A stretch of DNA of 64,000 nucleotides, taken from positions 210,232 through 274,231 of the forward strand of contig BJHQ01000006.1 in assembly GCA_014193115.1 (NCBI GenBank). Direction: 5' to 3'. This DNA comes from Planctomycetota bacterium (lineage in GTDB: Bacteria; Planctomycetota; UBA11346). A model generated the notes under the pieces. It saw only the letters and a program-made list of their open reading frames with translations, had not been told where the DNA came from and did not search any database. The translations under genes and the position numbers were made by a program. This document shows positions 60,501-64,000 of this stretch, piece by piece; the stretch's first letter is position 1; every line of letters begins with the position of its first letter.

Positions 60501-61039
60501 TGATCGATCCGGGCGAAGCGGTCGAGCTGCGCGCCCGCACCGTGCTGCCCGGAGGCGCCGCCGTCACCACCACCCCGTCGGTGGAGCTGGTCCGCCTCGG
60601 CGACGACGGCGTGCCCGAACCCGCCACCCGCCGGGTCATGCAGCTCTCCGCTCTCGACGACGCCACCGGACAATGGCGCCAGACCTTGGCTGGCCTGCCG
60701 CCGGGCCGCTGGCGAGTCCGGGTCACCTGCGAGCAGCAGGACCTGCGCGGCCTGGTCGAGGAACGCACCCTGCTGGTCCAGGACCGCCCCGGACGCGAGA
60801 CCGTCGACCTGCGCTGCGACCTCGCCCAGCTCAGCCGCATCGCCGAGGCCGGCGGAGGAAAAGCCGTGGAAGCCGCAGACCTCGACGCCCTGGCCGACAC
60901 CATCGCCAAATCCCTGGTACCCCTCGAACGAACCCACCGCCGCACGATCAGCGTGTGGGACGGCTGGTGGGTGATCGCATTGATCTCCCTGCTCCTCGGC
61001 AGCGAATGGCTGTGGCGCCGCCGCGTGGGCCTGCCCTGA
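57584..61039 (+). CDS. Giant membrane vWA-domain protein with PA14-like domain (1152 aa), N- and C-terminal TM anchors
   Basis: ALVVDVSASMGVRDGG (MIDAS); GDYRIQISAGGPAEVWL...ERYWIEVRHR (PA14-like); C-terminal WWVIALISLLLGSEWLWRRR. ATG overlaps the upstream stop (ATGA). Confidence 0.7.
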   Translation: MSASATAALTTAAASSVALTTAMPWWLVVPPALVIAWALIRLSREELSGLPAFTRRGLLGLRGLSVALVVLMVMQPSCSWQRSERDPAPVALVVDVSASMGVRDGGMSAGRRLDEATALGLVPETARDTAPRRTAAALSALRVDLPALASGSGQPEVHAAVLAPLVQTLAGHDDLGRQVADVVSRLNEVISTSATSAAVVDPANANALSDRSRRQAAARTRLAALADQLPALIQRLRQAQTGADASRASATDPELASSLAAVDAMSRLERALSIADRVRSRLGDRAAVTVHRLDAGLTPIPKRGTPAQRSAALLGGLDFTTDHAAPLRSLAERSAMPAERSGGPAERSGGPAERSAMPAERSGGPAERSAMPAERSGGDLPQAVLVIGDGRDTAGSDAAPAARALRSRGCIVHALCLGDDQPPRDAVVAAIEGGAEYFRGETVCLDVRLRLSVAADEAWDVVLARDGEVIERRRVKPTGDWQRERFEFPADRGGVWAIEARLEPGRADTAIGHGLRREVWTTGDLPTLDRLDASGAPPRAPDSVATVATATDPPETAGTSYRRLTGWLTPPTTGDYRIQISAGGPAEVWLATSAAAADRRRVASCPKDVEPGVFDRHHEQTSAAIALRAGERYWIEVRHRPTRPDRLCSVGWRRPDNGTDRPIPTEYLLLANSEPDRAGTDRAAATVLSQATRDNDAARIAIAVHEDPLRVLVVDNQPRWESRFIASLLERDRRVQVVRRYRSIRLPRGEAELLPDSQEGLDRFDAVVLGDLRPDELQPGDAARLSSFVRRRGGFLVCLAGERAMPGMWLLSPLAEVLPVRSAPPATGSGRDAPETRESPGKTPAAANGESRLRLTIAGESNPITAILDDRRLNQRLWPALPAMARIAREVNAKTAAEVLVETDERQPVPVVAILRAGAGRVLWLGSDESFRWRDRVGERVHQSFWLQATRWGLAARLRGSDERLQVALDRAVIDPGEAVELRARTVLPGGAAVTTTPSVELVRLGDDGVPEPATRRVMQLSALDDATGQWRQTLAGLPPGRWRVRVTCEQQDLRGLVEERTLLVQDRPGRETVDLRCDLAQLSRIAEAGGGKAVEAADLDALADTIAKSLVPLERTHRRTISVWDGWWVIALISLLLGSEWLWRRRVGLP
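58577..58718 (+). repeat. In-frame 21-bp tandem repeat (about 6.5 copies) encoding ERSAMPA/ERSGGPA heptapeptides
   Basis: GAGCGCAGCGCGATGCCAGCC alternating with GAGCGCAGCGGTGGACCAGCC, copies starting at 58577, 58598, 58619, 58640, 58661 and 58682. Confidence 0.8.
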
Positions 61040-61161
61040 GGCCAATGGCTGGGGAACGAATCGCGGGCGAAGACCCTACCAGCCCGAAGGCCGAGCTTGA
61101 CCGAGATGCCGGGGCATTGACCGAAAGGCCTTCCTTCACATAGTCCCCGCCCCAACGGCAA

Positions 61162-61239
<78 letters not shown>

Positions 61240-61240
61240 G

Positions 61241-61272
61241 AAAAACCCTAGGGTAACACCTAGGGTTTTTTG
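61241..61272 (+). terminator. Intrinsic terminator after tRNA-fMet
   Basis: AAAAACCCTAGGgtaacaCCTAGGGTTTTTTG: perfect 8-9-bp stem followed by a T-tract, A-tract on the other side (bidirectional-looking). Confidence 0.6.
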
Positions 61273-61664
61273 TTAACTGCCGGGGTGCGAAATCACGCGC
61301 AAAATCACCGTGGATTCTTGCACGGTTCCCCGCGATCCGCGTTCTCCGTTTCGAGCCAGGACGCTTGGTCTCCGGTCAGGACAGGTCCCCGGCGGCCCGG
61401 ATTCTCCAATTCTCCGGGGTGGAGAATCGCCCGGGTTATCAATGGGTTCCCGCTTGGAGAGCGGGCGGGATGGGAATTGGTCGGAATGGCATAGCTCTCG
61501 CGCGCCTGACCCGAGATTCTCCTTCACTGGATCTGGAGCTCAGTGGTGACCGGTCACCCGAGCGCACCCGACACAGACGGCTGTGCAGCTCCCTTCCCGC
61601 CATGTAAACGCCGATAGAGGTTGATCCCATTGCAACCGAGGAAAGCCATCATCATCTGTCTCCG

Positions 61665-62765
61665 ATGCCGCTCTACGAAATGACACCTGACGCCTTCCGG
61701 CCCATTGGCCAGGCATCCTTTGCTGAACTCAAGGTGCGAGAGCGCGATGACCTCCAACGCTTGCTGCGCACGCAAATCGACGTGCTGGGCGACAATCTGT
61801 ACGTGCTCACGGAAGAGTTTGGCGACTGGGATGACAGCCGCCGCCGCATCGACCTTCTCGCCATCGACCCTCAGGCGAACCTCGTGGTGATCGAACTGAA
61901 GCGCACCAATGATGGAGGGCACATGGAGCTTCAAGCTATTCGCTATGCCAGCATGGTATCGGCGATGACGTTTGAACGGGCGGAGCACATTCATGGGGAA
62001 TTTCTGGCGCGGCTTGGCGAGCAGGCGGAGGAGGCCCGGTCTCGCATGCTCACGTTTCTCGGCTGGGAAGAACCCGACGAGGATGCCTTCGCACCCGATG
62101 TGCGCATCGTGCTGGTTTCGGAAGATTTCGGAAAGGAACTCACCACCGCCGTACTTTGGCTGCGCGAACGCGACATTGATGTCCGCTGCATACGTCTGCG
62201 ACCGTACGAGGACGGCGGCAAGCGGCTGATCGATGTGCAACAAATCATCCCCTTGCCGGAGGCGAATGAATATCAAGTCCAGCTTCGCGAAAAAGAGCAA
62301 GTGGGCCGCAAGAAGCGGGCGGAACGCTATGATGTGCGTCTGAAATTCTGGGAGGGTTTGGTTGCTATTGCCCGCAGTCGAAAAACACGGCATGCGAACA
62401 TAAAACCGGGCGCCTATCATTGGCTGGGCGCGAGTTCTGGCATTCGCGGCCTCGGGCTAAACTACGTTATCGTCCAGGAATACGGTATCGCCGAACTTTA
62501 CATCGATCGCGGCGAGGCCACTGAAAACAAACGCATCTTCGATCAACTCCACGCCCGCAAGGACGACATCGAAAAAGCGTTCGGCGGGACTCTTTCATGG
62601 GAACGGCTCGACACCAAGCGCGCCTGCCGGATCAAACATGTCATCGAATTGGGTGGCTACCGCAACCCAGAATCGCAATGGCCGGAGATTCAGGCAGAGA
62701 TGGTCGATACGATGACCAAGCTTGAAACCGCACTCAAACCAGCGCTGGAATCGCTTGGGCTATAA
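61665..62765 (+). CDS. PD-(D/E)XK nuclease-fold (DUF91/NucS-like) N-terminal domain fused to a DUF4268-like C-terminal domain
   Basis: IDLLAIDPQANLVVIELKRTNDGGHMELQAIRY shows D...(D/E)xK restriction-endonuclease-like motifs. The C-terminal ...KFWEGLVAIARSR...YHWLGASSG...YIDRGEATENKRIFDQL... is typical of DUF4268. Region GC is lower than the window average. Confidence 0.6.
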   Translation: MPLYEMTPDAFRPIGQASFAELKVRERDDLQRLLRTQIDVLGDNLYVLTEEFGDWDDSRRRIDLLAIDPQANLVVIELKRTNDGGHMELQAIRYASMVSAMTFERAEHIHGEFLARLGEQAEEARSRMLTFLGWEEPDEDAFAPDVRIVLVSEDFGKELTTAVLWLRERDIDVRCIRLRPYEDGGKRLIDVQQIIPLPEANEYQVQLREKEQVGRKKRAERYDVRLKFWEGLVAIARSRKTRHANIKPGAYHWLGASSGIRGLGLNYVIVQEYGIAELYIDRGEATENKRIFDQLHARKDDIEKAFGGTLSWERLDTKRACRIKHVIELGGYRNPESQWPEIQAEMVDTMTKLETALKPALESLGL

Positions 62766-62774
62766 AAGATAGAC

Positions 62775-64000
62775 GTCCAATGGGGCCGCGACAATGAAGT
62801 CGCGGAAATCTGATATATAACAGCTATTTCCAGGATTTGACCAACGGGCTTCAATGGGGCCGCGACAAGGAAGTCGCGAAAATACGGTCGCGGGCAAATG
62901 GGACTAACAGCGCATGCAGGACCTTCAATGGGGCCGCGACAATGAAGTCGCGGAAATTACCCGCCCGACACCGCTGCAATCCGCTACTGGTTGCTTCAAT
63001 GGGGCCGCGACAATGAAGTCGCGGAAATCTACCTCGACGATCCGACGATCGCAGCGTGCCTGCAGCTTCAATGGGGCCGCGACAATGAAGTCGCGGAAAT
63101 CTTGATGGGCCTACTCTGATACGGGCCGGCCCGTAGTGCTTCAATGGGGCCGCGACAATGAAGTCGCGGAAATATACCGGTCGCTTGGCTCGCTCCACAC
63201 CTCGGGCACGCTTCAATGGGGCCGCGACAATGAAGTCGCGGAAATGGGAGTGCGGGTGCACGACGCGCCTGGCATCAGGATTGGTTCAATGGGGCCGCGA
63301 CAATGAAGTCGCGGAAATCTGCGCGCCTAGGAGCAACCCATGTCGTTCTTCCAATCGCTTCAATGGGGCCGCGACAATGAAGTCGCGGAAATCTGAAGTA
63401 CCAACTGATCGCACACGACGGCACCGTGCAGCTTCAATGGGGCCGCGACAATGAAGTCGCGGAAATTGTTCCCAATCCTCGCCCTGCTCGGCCCAGGCGT
63501 CGGGCTTCAATGGGGCCGCGACAATGAAGTCGCGGAAATACCGTCGCTGGAACCGTGGCGCTCATCGGATACCACGCTTCAATGGGGCCGCGACAATGAA
63601 GTCGCGGAAATAGACCCTGGGCGAACACTTCGCAACCCGAGGCCCGCTTCAATGGGGCCGCGACAATGAAGTCGCGGAAATACACCGCCCTGCAGGTGCT
63701 GATCGCCCAGATGAAGGAGCTTCAATGGGGCCGCGACAATGAAGTCGCGGAAATTACGAAACCAGGAAGGTTATGGATCCCCCGAGAGCGTGCTTCAATG
63801 GGGCCGCGACAATGAAGTCGCGGAAATATCGCCAAGGCCCGCGCCTGGCATGAGACAGTCCCGCTTCAATGGGGCCGCGACAATGAAGTCGCGGAAATGT
63901 GCCGGTGGCTGCGTCGCCAACGGTCGAATCGTTGCTTCAATGGGGCCGCGACAATGAAGTCGCGGAAATGGCTGTGACCGGCGGCACCGGGGCCGGCGCC
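62775..64000 (-). CRISPR. CRISPR array, at least 17 repeats of 35 nt (CTTCAATGGGGCCGCGACAATGAAGTCGCGGAAAT on + strand), spacers 35-39 nt; runs off the window end
   Basis: Repeat starts at 62775, 62849, 62923, 62994, 63066, 63139, 63211, 63284, 63358, 63432, 63505, 63577, 63647, 63720, 63793, 63864 and 63935; all spacers unique. The first two repeats are degenerate, implying the trailer end. On the minus strand the repeat ends ...CCCCATTGAAG, the canonical crRNA-handle-like end, so transcription is inferred on the minus strand with leader and any cas genes beyond 64000. Confidence 0.9.

Noticed and set aside
62851-63957. Short ORFs (61-136 aa) on both strands inside the CRISPR array
   Set aside because: Their translations repeat the peptide encoded by the CRISPR repeat (FNGAATMKSRK / LQWGRDNEVAEI); array artefacts.

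Overview
High-GC (~70%) bacterial chromosomal segment. Gene content suggests a Planctomycetes/Verrucomicrobia-type organism: MoxR/DUF58/vWA 'Bat' modules, several glycosidases, a eukaryotic-like Ser/Thr kinase, and many convergent or antisense long ORFs that are GC artefacts. Housekeeping genes I can support from the sequence: purA, uppS, dapF, dnaX (short form), argJ, mogA, mobA, mtnC-like, dus, a ribokinase and an initiator tRNA-fMet. Accessory content: (1) a complete minus-strand Bat-like aerotolerance operon (moxR-DUF58-...-batA-batB-TPR-batD-batE-like). Its middle carries an 11-copy tandem array of 147-bp palindromic REP/BIME units plus a REP-associated tyrosine transposase (RAYT) gene flanked by REPs. 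Related REP arrays occur at three other loci. (2) A second plus-strand MoxR-DUF58-BatA_N-giant vWA/PA14 module, divergent from an ECF sigma/anti-sigma pair. (3) A tRNA-fMet followed by a lower-GC stretch encoding a PD-(D/E)XK (DUF91/NucS-like)+DUF4268 protein, then a CRISPR array of at least 17 repeats of 35 nt that runs off the window end; no cas genes are visible inside the window. (4) Several short tandem DNA repeats in regulatory or coding positions: 19-bp x5 by an AraC regulator, a heptamer x4, and 21-bp in-frame repeats. All calls rest on reading translations and motifs by eye; no database searches were run.
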